Shown here: positions 1 through 7,584 of the stretch, in pieces
Layout of the letters: each line of letters opens with the position of its first letter
How positions within the stretch are numbered: the first letter of the stretch is position 1
Sequence record: PX405663.1
DNA: 45,326 nucleotides
DNA from: a phage
Strand: one strand, 5' to 3'
The notes under the pieces: model-generated
Database searches by the model: none
Seen by the model: only the letters and a program-made list of their open reading frames with translations
What the model was told of the DNA's origin: nothing
Position numbers and translations under genes: made by a program

Positions 1-818
1 TGGCACGCATCAACGCTGGGGCGGAAGTCGGCACGGGTAAGCCCCTTCTTGCCTCGGGAATACGCCTCCAGTGCGGCAATAGCGCGCTTGGATGCAAACT
101 TCGCGAATATCTCCAGCGCTTCTACCGAAATATCCCACTCCGACGCCCCGCCGCAATACGGCTGGAAGATAACCAGTCGCACGGTCGTAATGTCGTACAT
201 AGTTTGCAGCTTGCGCAGCAGGCCGAGCGCGTACAACATAAGCTGTTTGTTCTCTTTCGCCTCGACCTTATGCCGCCCGGTCTTCAGGTCGCCAACAATC
301 AGCATGTACGTCCCATCGGTCTTTTTCATGACCATGACCATATCTGCAGTACCGAACGTTTTAATCCTGTTGCCGTCGATCTCGTAGCCTGAGTGAAGGA
401 CGCGGGTCAGATCGGCGCGCATCTCAAGCTGAACAAACTCCGCCACTTCGATGAGCGGTCGCCAGTGGTCGATGTACGCGTCGCACTGTTTCACCATGTC
501 GTCGTTGACCAGTACGCCGCCTTTCGGTGCTTTCGGGTGTGCCTTTACTGGCCCCTTGCCTTCGTTCTCGACGTAGCACCCTTTATACGTCTTTGCGGTT
601 ATCAGCTTTTCACCGGCGATAATGCGGTTTAGCACCACTTCAGATACGGTGTGCATACTCGTACCGTTAATCGCGGCTTGCCCGGATTCGTTCGGGATAT
701 CTTTTTCTACCACCAGGGCAGCTGGGCAACCCATCCATTTTTTAGCACCGGATGGCCCGAGTAATGAGTGTTCCGTATTGCTACCGGATTGCGTCTTACG
801 TTTTGGTTTAATCGCCAT
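1..818 (-). CDS. Cas4/RecB-family PD-(D/E)xK exonuclease (DUF2800-like), N-terminal part; ORF runs off the window start and continues at 45199..44587 across the circular junction (about 476 aa in total)
   Basis: Codon-by-codon hand translation of the minus strand from ATG at 816..818 (TAATG overlap with upstream stop) is open to position 1: MAIKPKRKTQSG...WMGCPAAL...GTADMVMVMKKTDGTYMLIVGDLKTGRHKVEAKENKQLMLYALGL...RPSVDACQ; N-terminal Cys, D/E-K core with QxxxY, and CQWCRFADQC (C-x2-C-x5-C) spanning the junction are typical of Fe-S Cas4/AddB-type nucleases. Confidence 0.7.
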   Translation of the reverse strand, partial: MAIKPKRKTQSGSNTEHSLLGPSGAKKWMGCPAALVVEKDIPNESGQAAINGTSMHTVSEVVLNRIIAGEKLITAKTYKGCYVENEGKGPVKAHPKAPKGGVLVNDDMVKQCDAYIDHWRPLIEVAEFVQLEMRADLTRVLHSGYEIDGNRIKTFGTADMVMVMKKTDGTYMLIVGDLKTGRHKVEAKENKQLMLYALGLLRKLQTMYDITTVRLVIFQPYCGGASEWDISVEALEIFAKFASKRAIAALEAYSRGKKGLTRADFRPSVDAC

Positions 819-1006
819 TATTCCACCCGTGTAAATTGAGCAATGTAATAATCGTGTTCAACATTGGCCCGCTTCGCGGCTTCGTTCATGGTCGAGGCGA
901 GTTCGCAGGCTTGCGTCCAGCAGCGAATACAGTCCACATTCATAACAATTTCCGGTTGCTCGTCGCCGGTAATACGGCAACGAAATAAAACAAAGAATAT
1001 AGCCAT
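818..1006 (-). CDS. hypothetical protein (62 aa)
   Basis: ORF track; GGGAGA Shine-Dalgarno about 9 nt upstream; stop overlaps exonuclease start. Confidence 0.45.
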   Translation of the reverse strand: MAIFFVLFRCRITGDEQPEIVMNVDCIRCWTQACELASTMNEAAKRANVEHDYYIAQFTRVE

Positions 1007-1258
1007 TTATTTTGTCTCCCAGCGGTCAATTGTTTTTGCTTCGGATGCAACTGCGAAGCGAACATATTCCAGATTGGAATCCGCCCAAATATAAAAGTCG
1101 GGGTTAGTAAAGGTGGTGCGCTTAATTTGCGCGGGGGTGTTACGGCGTTTATCTATTACCGCAACGCGGGATTGAAAGCTGCCGATGCGTTCGAATAGCC
1201 AATAGTACGGGCGCTGGTCGCGGGAATCCACCGCCTCGATTAGCGTGAAGCGTGCCAT
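1007..1258 (-). CDS. hypothetical protein (83 aa)
   Basis: ORF track; GAGGA SD 8 nt upstream of ATG. Confidence 0.5.
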   Translation of the reverse strand: MARFTLIEAVDSRDQRPYYWLFERIGSFQSRVAVIDKRRNTPAQIKRTTFTNPDFYIWADSNLEYVRFAVASEAKTIDRWETK

Positions 1259-1306
1259 TGTCTCGTCCTCTAAAAATAGGCCCGCAGATTAGCGGGCCGG
1301 ATAATA

Positions 1307-1825
1307 TTAGTCTTCCAGTTCGAAATAAGTTTCGACGATTTCTTTAAGATCTTTGTGGAAGTCTTCGACGTCGTCATCTTCCAGCTTGGCGATTGATTTG
1401 ATCTCGAACGATTCCAGCAGGTCGTCGAATTCGTCGTTGGCATCGTCGTCGTCACCACCAGCGATAATAGCGGCATACTGTTTGATCTCGTCGCGCATCT
1501 CTGCCAGCGGATCGGCATCTTTCTTGCCTTTGCCTTTCGCCGGTGCTTTTTTACCCTTCGCCGGTTTTTCGTCTTCGGCTTCTTCATCGTCGTCATCTTC
1601 TACGACTTCTTTTTTGGCCTTACCTTTAGCCGGTGCTTTTTTGGTTTTCGCCGGTTTTTCGTCTTCGGTTTCATCGTCGTCATCTTCTACGACTTCTTTT
1701 TTGGCCTTAGACGGCTTCTTGTCTTCCGGCTTACCAACGGCAGCGCCAACGGTTTCATAATGCTTAGCGATGGTTTCCAGTGCTACTACGCCGCGAGTAA
1801 TCAGGTTTACGATTTGTTCAAACAT
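1307..1825 (-). CDS. highly charged tandem-repeat protein (172 aa), first gene of the minus-strand arm
   Basis: ORF track; GGAGA SD; protein has two copies of an approx 25-aa block KAKKEVVEDDDDE..EDEKPAK.KKAPAKGK and an acidic C-terminal half; underlying approx 75-bp tandem DNA repeat near 1540..1720. Confidence 0.6.
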   Translation of the reverse strand: MFEQIVNLITRGVVALETIAKHYETVGAAVGKPEDKKPSKAKKEVVEDDDDETEDEKPAKTKKAPAKGKAKKEVVEDDDDEEAEDEKPAKGKKAPAKGKGKKDADPLAEMRDEIKQYAAIIAGGDDDDANDEFDDLLESFEIKSIAKLEDDDVEDFHKDLKEIVETYFELED

Positions 1826-1925
1826 GGTATATCTCCGATTGGTTAAGTTTGGCGTCCGGGCGGTATGCCCGGTCGACGAGGGAGATATTAGATTGGTTGC
1901 AGAAGGGAGTCAACAACTAATTTCA

Positions 1926-1962
1926 AAAAAAAAGCGCCGAGGCAAAATGCAACGGCGCTAAC
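1926..1962 (-). terminator. hairpin plus T-run (read on minus strand) in the divergent control region; possible leader attenuator
   Basis: Plus strand shows A9 then AGCGCCG...CGGCGCT inverted repeat; on the minus strand this is a stem-loop followed by T9. Confidence 0.35.
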
Positions 1963-2025
1963 CAATAAGAGACAATGAGACGGGAATTATTATTACACGC
2001 GTGCGCGCCCGTTTCAATATCCAAA

Positions 2026-2058
2026 GGATTTGACACCGTGCAGTTTTGGGTGTAGTTT
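2026..2058 (+). promoter_or_regulatory. sigma70-like promoter for the plus-strand arm
   Basis: TTGACA, 17-nt spacer, TAGTTT about 35 nt upstream of the 2090 start codon. Confidence 0.4.
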
Positions 2059-2089
2059 CGTTGGTCATTAACCAACTGAGGGCAGAGCA

Positions 2090-2419
2090 ATGAATGTAAA
2101 CGACGCAATCGAAATGTTAACGAAGACTGTTAGCAGTGAAACAAGCCGGTCATGGGCTTATACCGATGCCGTTGGGGCGGTGTTGTTTGAAATCGAACGT
2201 CTGCGACTTACCGAAAAAGAATTGCGCGCGAAGCTGGAATTACTCAACGGTACTGCAGCAAGCAAGCTGCAAAAGCACAATGAAGAAATGGAAGAATACA
2301 AAAAACAGGTTATCCGTTTGCGCGCCGAGGGCAAATCCTGGGCAATGATTGCCGAGTTGACTGGGATTAATCAGAGCACAGTGCGCTCCTGGGTACGCAA
2401 TAATAAAACTTCTAAGTAA
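2090..2419 (+). CDS. coiled-coil plus C-terminal helix-turn-helix DNA-binding protein (109 aa)
   Basis: ORF track; GAGGG SD; C-terminal SWAMIAELTGINQSTVRSWV resembles an HTH. Confidence 0.55.
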   Translation: MNVNDAIEMLTKTVSSETSRSWAYTDAVGAVLFEIERLRLTEKELRAKLELLNGTAASKLQKHNEEMEEYKKQVIRLRAEGKSWAMIAELTGINQSTVRSWVRNNKTSK

Positions 2420-2429
2420 GGCCACGGCA

Positions 2430-4694
2430 ATGAGCTTAATTAAATTCGCTGTAACACGACCCGCTAAAAAAGGCGAAAAAGCCAGGGCGGAAAACTTCCA
2501 GATGACCACCGATGAATTTTTCGAATTTATCAAAGATGCGAAAGAAATCTCATCGGTGCATATCAACAAGACGGAAGATAAAGCCGAGTATGCGCGCCGC
2601 AAGCGTAAGGCCGATGGCATCGTAGCATATACCAGTGACGGCCTTCGCCGCAAGACCAGTGCGGTGGACCGCTCGATCCTGTTCTTCGATATCGACCGTA
2701 CCGACACCCGCACCTTACGCCGCTGCCGTAAGGCGTTCATTGACGCGGGTCTGGAACATGTGTTTCACACCACTACCGGCGACCGTCACCCGCTTAAAGG
2801 TGGAACGCGTTGCGCTCGCTTCCTGGTACTCACTGACAAGCCTGTACCGGCTGAAGACCTGGGCCGCGTCCAGTATGCACTATTACACCAACTGGGTCTG
2901 TCAGATGTGGACTTCGACGACTGCACGAAAGACACAAACCGCCTGATGTACCTGCCCCACCAGCAGTCTGTTATTAAGTGCCACTATGGCAAGCGCGCCC
3001 GCGTCCGTCGTCTGCTCCGCCTGGCTGACAAGCTGGGGGTGGAAAAAGAGGAAGTACGCCGCGAGCTTACCCAGGGCGACGACGCAGTGGCAGACGGTAT
3101 TCTGGACTGGTGCTTCCAGGCAGGATTCGAGGAGTTATCTTCCGGGCGGGGCTATGAAGTGCCGTGCCCGAACGAACATCTGCACAGCGGCGAAGGGTCC
3201 ACCGCCATAATGGTCAAGGATGGCGAGATCCGTTTCAAGTGTATGCACACCGGCAACGAGTGTTGCTCGGAACTGAATAGACACCAGCACCTGGCGCTAC
3301 GTCTTATCGGGATCCCGGACCACCTGAACGTCGAGCCACACAATATGTCCCGTAAGCAAATCGCCGCCATCCTTCCGGGGCTGGACGACGAGGAAGTCGA
3401 ATCCTTATATGAACATATTGTTGATGCGGTTGGAGACGGCGAAGAATACGGCGTGTGCACCGATGCGGATCTGGATAACGAGCCGGTTGCGCTGTTCAGT
3501 AAGCACGACCCGATTATCGAGGGGTTGATTAACTTTAAATCGACCTGGTACATGGCGGGTGAGTCGAATATCGGTAAGTCTTTCTATGTGCTGGGCCAGA
3601 TGGGCGCGGTTGCCGCCGGTATTCCGTTTGGTGGCGCGAAGGTCGTCCAGTCTCATTGCTTCTATTTCGACGCGGAAGGTGGCGAAGCCTCTAACCAGCG
3701 TAAAGAAGCATTGCAGATTAAATATGAGCACGACCTGGACAAGCTGCACATTATAGACCTGCAGTCACGCGGCTGGGATATCACCAGCAAATCAGGCTTG
3801 CGCGAAGTTATCAGCTTTATCAACCGCACCGCTAACGGCGAACCGGTTGGCCTGGTGGCGTTCGACTCACTCAACCAGACTGTTGCGTTGCGGTCCGCTG
3901 ATGCTAAACCGTTCGACGAGAACAACGCCAGCGATATGGGTGAAGTGGTCAAAGCGCTGAAGGCCATCGCGGAAAATACAGGTGGCAGTGCGGGCGTCAT
4001 CCACCACCCGGCTAAAGGTGCAAACGGCAGCAGAACGCCACGCGGGTCCGGCGCGCTGCATGGTGCTGTCGATTCTGCGTTCTTCCTGGAACAGCCGGAC
4101 GACAACCAGCCCGGACAATTGAACCTGTATCATGAGAAGTCACGTAACGGCATCAAGCAAGCGCCGCGCGGCTTCGTCCTGCTCAAGTGCAAGGTGAAGG
4201 TGGATCTCCGCAAGTCAGAAGCGTTCGAGGCGCACCAGTCCACCAGCACCGGGCCAGACTTCGGCGACGTGGTTGCCGGATGGGACGTCAAGCCGATTGC
4301 CTCCACGCCACGCGACGAGACTCTCTACCTCGTACCGGTTGCCCTGGCACCTTTCGCTATTGAACAGGCGAAGGCAGCAGGCAAGGCCGCGGTTAAGGAA
4401 GAGAACACCGCCGGACCGCGCAACGAAAAAGAGAAAGTGCTTTATGCGGCACTGGAAAAACTGATGGAAGATAACCCGGACCATACTGGATTCAGTAAAT
4501 CGGCAATTGTCCGCCAGGCGGGACTCGCGAAAGGCGGCACTTCGACGAAGGCAATCGACGATATGGTGGAGCGCGGGGTGATAGGTTTTTACACCGATCC
4601 GCACACCGGGGCCATCTATGGGTCGTCTAATTTGGTCATCAAATCGGATATCCCTATCACGCTTTCCGCGACCGATGACGATTTAAAAGATTAA
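2430..4694 (+). CDS. DNA primase-helicase (primase-polymerase-like N-terminal domain, zinc-binding region, P-loop NTPase/helicase C-terminal half)
   Basis: 754-aa ORF; FFDIDRTD and HVFHTTTGD primase-like motifs; CPNEHLHSG...CMHTGNEC zinc motif; Walker A GESNIGKS. Confidence 0.75.
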   Translation: MSLIKFAVTRPAKKGEKARAENFQMTTDEFFEFIKDAKEISSVHINKTEDKAEYARRKRKADGIVAYTSDGLRRKTSAVDRSILFFDIDRTDTRTLRRCRKAFIDAGLEHVFHTTTGDRHPLKGGTRCARFLVLTDKPVPAEDLGRVQYALLHQLGLSDVDFDDCTKDTNRLMYLPHQQSVIKCHYGKRARVRRLLRLADKLGVEKEEVRRELTQGDDAVADGILDWCFQAGFEELSSGRGYEVPCPNEHLHSGEGSTAIMVKDGEIRFKCMHTGNECCSELNRHQHLALRLIGIPDHLNVEPHNMSRKQIAAILPGLDDEEVESLYEHIVDAVGDGEEYGVCTDADLDNEPVALFSKHDPIIEGLINFKSTWYMAGESNIGKSFYVLGQMGAVAAGIPFGGAKVVQSHCFYFDAEGGEASNQRKEALQIKYEHDLDKLHIIDLQSRGWDITSKSGLREVISFINRTANGEPVGLVAFDSLNQTVALRSADAKPFDENNASDMGEVVKALKAIAENTGGSAGVIHHPAKGANGSRTPRGSGALHGAVDSAFFLEQPDDNQPGQLNLYHEKSRNGIKQAPRGFVLLKCKVKVDLRKSEAFEAHQSTSTGPDFGDVVAGWDVKPIASTPRDETLYLVPVALAPFAIEQAKAAGKAAVKEENTAGPRNEKEKVLYAALEKLMEDNPDHTGFSKSAIVRQAGLAKGGTSTKAIDDMVERGVIGFYTDPHTGAIYGSSNLVIKSDIPITLSATDDDLKD

Positions 4695-4794
4695 ATTTTG
4701 CGCGCATTGGTTGCCATTTTGCGTGCTTTTAGTCGGTCGTATTGGTTGCCGTGTAGTGTAAATATAGTGAATAGTTATGCAATAAAACTGCATA

Positions 4795-4965
4795 AAGTAA
4801 GCGGGACAAAAAGCGGGACAACCAGGGGGCGGGACAAAGCGGGACAGCACCCCTGTCCCGCCCCGGATGACGCGGCCTGGAGAGGAGCGGGACAGCGGGA
4901 CAGCACCCCAGTCTTTCAGACTAGACGGGGGGTCTGGCACCCCCCTCGTCTGAGACTGCATAAAA
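4795..4965. repeat. noncoding array 1: GCGGGACA(A/G) repeats in direct and inverted orientation ending in a conserved 51-bp imperfect hairpin (4908..4958)
   Basis: At least 7 copies of GCGGGACA within about 120 bp including the palindrome GGGACAGCACCCCTGTCCC; near-identical copy of the terminal element at 22101..22150. Confidence 0.8.
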
Positions 4966-5112
4966 TCCAGGATTGCATAATACACGGCAGCGTGATGCGA
5001 ATTGCGGTCGTCGACGAACTAGGCAACCAATACGAGTTGCAGAATGGTGGGTGAAAAATGCAGTTTGCAGTTTCAGCAGATAGCGATCAACTTTTTCATG
5101 CGCGTGATTGAT

Positions 5113-5169
5113 ATTGGTTGCACCCACCCTGGCACCCTGCTATATTGGTTGCACACCAACATGAGGACC
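5113..5169 (+). promoter_or_regulatory. tandem TATTGGTTGCA promoter-like motifs with TATATT -10 and conserved leader
   Basis: TTGCAC, 17 nt, TATATT; 27-nt stretch TATATTGGTTGCACACCAACATGAGGA is identical to the minus-strand sequence at 16214..16240. Confidence 0.55.
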
Positions 5170-5174
5170 GAACA

Positions 5175-5501
5175 ATGAAAGCGATTATCTGGAATTACGC
5201 AATGGCTATGGCGGCGGCACAAGAAGCGGCGGAGTTCGCCGGTGAAGGAGCGGAAGCGGTCGAAAGACTATCGGCAGCGTGGTCCGTTGTTCGCGTCACG
5301 CAGCAGGCCATCGCCTGTATGCTTGAGCGCCGCTTCGACACTATGGGAGAGATCCAGCCGTTGGCGAACGCTATCCAGGACTACGCGCTGGCATTTGCCC
5401 GTGAGCGCCTGGCGTATCGCTTCGGGATCGGTGAGACGGCAGCGACAAACGTCGCCCGGATTAAAGCCCAGCGCGAACTATTCGCCCAGCTTGCGAAATA
5501 A
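5175..5501 (+). CDS. hypothetical early protein (108 aa)
   Basis: ORF track frame, start moved to the ATG 7 nt after GAGGA. Confidence 0.5.
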   Translation: MKAIIWNYAMAMAAAQEAAEFAGEGAEAVERLSAAWSVVRVTQQAIACMLERRFDTMGEIQPLANAIQDYALAFARERLAYRFGIGETAATNVARIKAQRELFAQLAK

Positions 5502-5510
5502 GGGGTCAAA

Positions 5511-5780
5511 ATGGACCGCAGACGAGCTAAACGGCTTTCCTGGAGCATCCCATTGCATTGCGTACGAATATGGGCTAAGAATGCGAATGAGGGCGATTCT
5601 GTGTTCTGGTGCTACCGCGATGATGTGAAGCCGTTAACGCAGACTCGCTACTTGCACCAGTTCGCAGCACAACATGATTTCAGGGTGCGGACTTCCTTGC
5701 AACCAATGGGAATACGTATTACATTACGCCGGAAGCCCACCGTTGAGCGGGTAGGCAAACACTGGAGACTGAGCAAATGA
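5511..5780 (+). CDS. hypothetical protein (89 aa)
   Basis: ORF track; AAGGGG SD. Confidence 0.4.
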   Translation: MDRRRAKRLSWSIPLHCVRIWAKNANEGDSVFWCYRDDVKPLTQTRYLHQFAAQHDFRVRTSLQPMGIRITLRRKPTVERVGKHWRLSK

Positions 5781-5965
5781 TGATTAGGCTAAGCGACCAG
5801 GTGACGGACTCCGAGCTTGCGGAGTGGATCGCCGAAGGACGTGTCAGTTATCGATACGGGCCGCAGGTATGGGCTATTAAGCGCTGCCGTTGTGATATGC
5901 GCCCGCATAACGTGCGCAAGTTTATACGCAAGCATGGGGTATTTCTGGAGGCCGAGAAATGTTAA
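5777..5965 (+). CDS. hypothetical protein (62 aa)
   Basis: ORF track; ATGA start/stop overlap with upstream gene. Confidence 0.4.
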   Translation: MMIRLSDQVTDSELAEWIAEGRVSYRYGPQVWAIKRCRCDMRPHNVRKFIRKHGVFLEAEKC

Positions 5966-6093
5966 TAGGCGGATTCTCGCAGGAGTTTATCTACCTGCAC
6001 ATGTGCGTACTTGACTACGAACAAAACGGCATCGCTACGGTATGCGATGGCGACACGAAGACTATCGAAGAGATTGAGGAGACAGAGCAATGA
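5959..6093 (+). CDS. small acidic protein (44 aa), not in ORF track
   Basis: Hand-read ORF MLIGGFSQEFIYLHMCVLDYEQNGIATVCDGDTKTIEEIEETEQ; start overlaps the upstream stop, stop overlaps the next start (ATGA). Confidence 0.25.
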   Translation: MLIGGFSQEFIYLHMCVLDYEQNGIATVCDGDTKTIEEIEETEQ

Positions 6094-6734
6094 AATTACT
6101 ATTCCGCCGTAAAGCTGACGGCCGTATTCTGAAGCCGATCCAGACCCTGGATTCCTACGTCCGCCTACAAAACGCGGCAGGCAATCGGGTGTGGCGGGCG
6201 CCGAAACACACGCTGCCGCAGTTCTTCGACGTACTCACGCACGATATTGAGCGCGGCGATGTGCTGCGTGATATCCGCGACGGTAGTATGTGGATCGTTG
6301 AATATGTCGGGCCGCACGCGTTGCGGATGCAATCCCGCACGGATGGCGTAGCTGGTATGACTTACTTCGGGCTGGTCAACTATGAGCGAGTGGGCCGAAA
6401 ATACTGCCTTCGTGACCGCCAGCCACATGAGCGCGTTGAGTTCCGCAAGTCACAGCCCGCCTATGCGACCTACGACTCCCACCAGGTGCAGGCGAAGATG
6501 GGCCGCGCCGTACACCAAATCGTCAATCGCTTGGACGCCGTGACGAACGCACAGCGCCATGCGCAGGAATACGGTGTGGGATTCATCCGGGTAGAACGAG
6601 ACGGCAGTATGACGTCCATCGACCCGCGCTCGACCCAACTGAAGATAGTCGAAGTGAGCAAATGTTGCCGGGCAGAAGTTGTTCGCGACCCCGGCGGGCA
6701 AGCCTTCTGTCGCGAGTGTGCGGGTGTGATATGA
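6090..6734 (+). CDS. hypothetical protein with C-terminal Cys-rich zinc-ribbon-like motif (214 aa)
   Basis: ORF track; GAGGAGA SD; C-terminus KCCRAEV...CRECAG. Confidence 0.55.
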   Translation: MKLLFRRKADGRILKPIQTLDSYVRLQNAAGNRVWRAPKHTLPQFFDVLTHDIERGDVLRDIRDGSMWIVEYVGPHALRMQSRTDGVAGMTYFGLVNYERVGRKYCLRDRQPHERVEFRKSQPAYATYDSHQVQAKMGRAVHQIVNRLDAVTNAQRHAQEYGVGFIRVERDGSMTSIDPRSTQLKIVEVSKCCRAEVVRDPGGQAFCRECAGVI

Positions 6735-6877
6735 GCGCAACCATCCGTGATATGCTTATGCACAACCGTTTTGAGATAGGCGGTCGGGTATTTCGCAATT
6801 ACTTCGTGGCGCGTGCATGGGCGCGCCATATTGGCAAACCGGAAGGGGCAATTCGATGCTATACGTCTTCGCGGTAG
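6731..6877 (+). CDS. small hypothetical protein (48 aa)
   Basis: ATGA overlap with upstream gene; same frame as track ORF 6662..6877. Confidence 0.25.
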   Translation: MSATIRDMLMHNRFEIGGRVFRNYFVARAWARHIGKPEGAIRCYTSSR

Positions 6878-6953
6878 TATGTGGCGGTAGTCTGGCGGCC
6901 CTGGTGCTGTTGGCGTCGGTTATTAGTCTGGTTAAATACCTATGGAGCAGATT

Positions 6954-7241
6954 ATGATTCATGATGTGATTTATTGGTTTGGTTTGATCTGCGGGCTGTG
7001 CCTGCTTACAGCGGTGCTGTTGGGCGTCCTGATGTTCGTAGTATGGCCCGCCGTGGAAGCTGCCAGCATTACCCGCATGACGTTCGAGATATACAAGCGC
7101 CGTGGAATCAAGGAGCACCCGACCAGGTTGCGCATGTGGTGGCTGTGGTATCGGGATATGATAGGCGGTCGAACATTCGAAGCCGTCCGGTCTAGTGGAT
7201 GGGAGTGGAAAGGCGTCGGCAAGTGGTCCATTTTCGATTAA
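6954..7241 (+). CDS. small membrane protein (about 95 aa)
   Basis: ORF track 6942..7241; second in-frame ATG is 7 nt after GGAG; hydrophobic N-terminal segment. Confidence 0.45.
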   Translation: MIHDVIYWFGLICGLCLLTAVLLGVLMFVVWPAVEAASITRMTFEIYKRRGIKEHPTRLRMWWLWYRDMIGGRTFEAVRSSGWEWKGVGKWSIFD

Positions 7242-7258
7242 TTATGCAAGCGTGATAT

Positions 7259-7293
7259 AGTCCCAGTGAGCTAAAACTTACTGGGACTTTTTT
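7259..7293 (+). terminator. rho-independent terminator-like hairpin immediately before the lysis genes
   Basis: AGTCCCAGTGAGCTAAAACTTACTGGGACT followed by T6; the next ATG (7294) abuts the T-run. Confidence 0.5.
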
Positions 7294-7584
7294 ATGGATA
7301 AGCTAAACGAGTGGTTATTCGCCCTTGCGTGTCTTGCTGGTGGCTTCGTCGGCGCACGCATTCATGGCGAGGCAACGAAAGGGCCGTTGAATTTCGTTTT
7401 ATATGTCGTAGTTGGCTTCCTGTGTGCCATATTTGGTGCGCCAGCTATTGCCGAGTGGTCTGGTTTGTCTGGCGAGCGCACTGTCGCCGGTTTGGGCTTC
7501 GTAACTGCGATCTTCTGGATGCCAATCGCTGACCGGATCCGGGAGACTATTGCGTCGTTCCGACTTCCGGGGGGTGCAAAATGA
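7294..7584 (+). CDS. holin-like membrane protein (96 aa)
   Basis: ORF track; 2-3 predicted hydrophobic helices; sits immediately upstream of the endolysin. Confidence 0.5.
   Translation: MDKLNEWLFALACLAGGFVGARIHGEATKGPLNFVLYVVVGFLCAIFGAPAIAEWSGLSGERTVAGLGFVTAIFWMPIADRIRETIASFRLPGGAK

Noticed and set aside
49-834. Plus-strand track ORFs 49..387, 204..392, 393..632 and 622..834
   Set aside because: The minus strand carries one continuous, motif-rich exonuclease ORF over the whole interval; the plus-strand ORFs are fragmentary antisense artefacts.
951-1021. Apparent one-base discrepancies between the displayed sequence and the ORF-track translations (extra T near 960, missing C near 1020)
   Set aside because: The two offsets cancel and coincide with line boundaries of the listing, so I treat them as a formatting or counting artefact, not a frameshift or pseudogene; track coordinates were used for 818..1006 and 1007..1258.
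1353-1760. Ser-rich plus-strand ORF antisense to the charged repeat protein, and the alternative-frame minus ORF 1270..1596
   Set aside because: Low-complexity mirror translations of the tandem repeat; the 1307..1825 frame has the SD and sensible termini.
4795-4965. Possibility that the GGGACA arrays are CRISPR arrays
   Set aside because: Repeat units are only 8-9 bp, irregularly spaced, occur in both orientations and have no uniform spacers; no cas genes apart from a stand-alone Cas4-like nuclease of the phage exonuclease type.
4683-5127. Track ORFs 4683..4985 (-), 4698..5054 (+) and 4921..5127 (-) inside array 1
   Set aside because: They lie in GC-rich repeat and hairpin sequence, have no SD, and their amino-acid runs (Pro/Arg/Gly) mirror the repeats; treated as noncoding.
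6856-6957. 33-aa hydrophobic ORF (MLYVFAVVCGGSLAALVLLASVISLVKYLWSRL) with a good AGGGG SD
   Set aside because: Plausible small membrane peptide but it overlaps two neighbouring ORFs in other frames; not called without conservation evidence.
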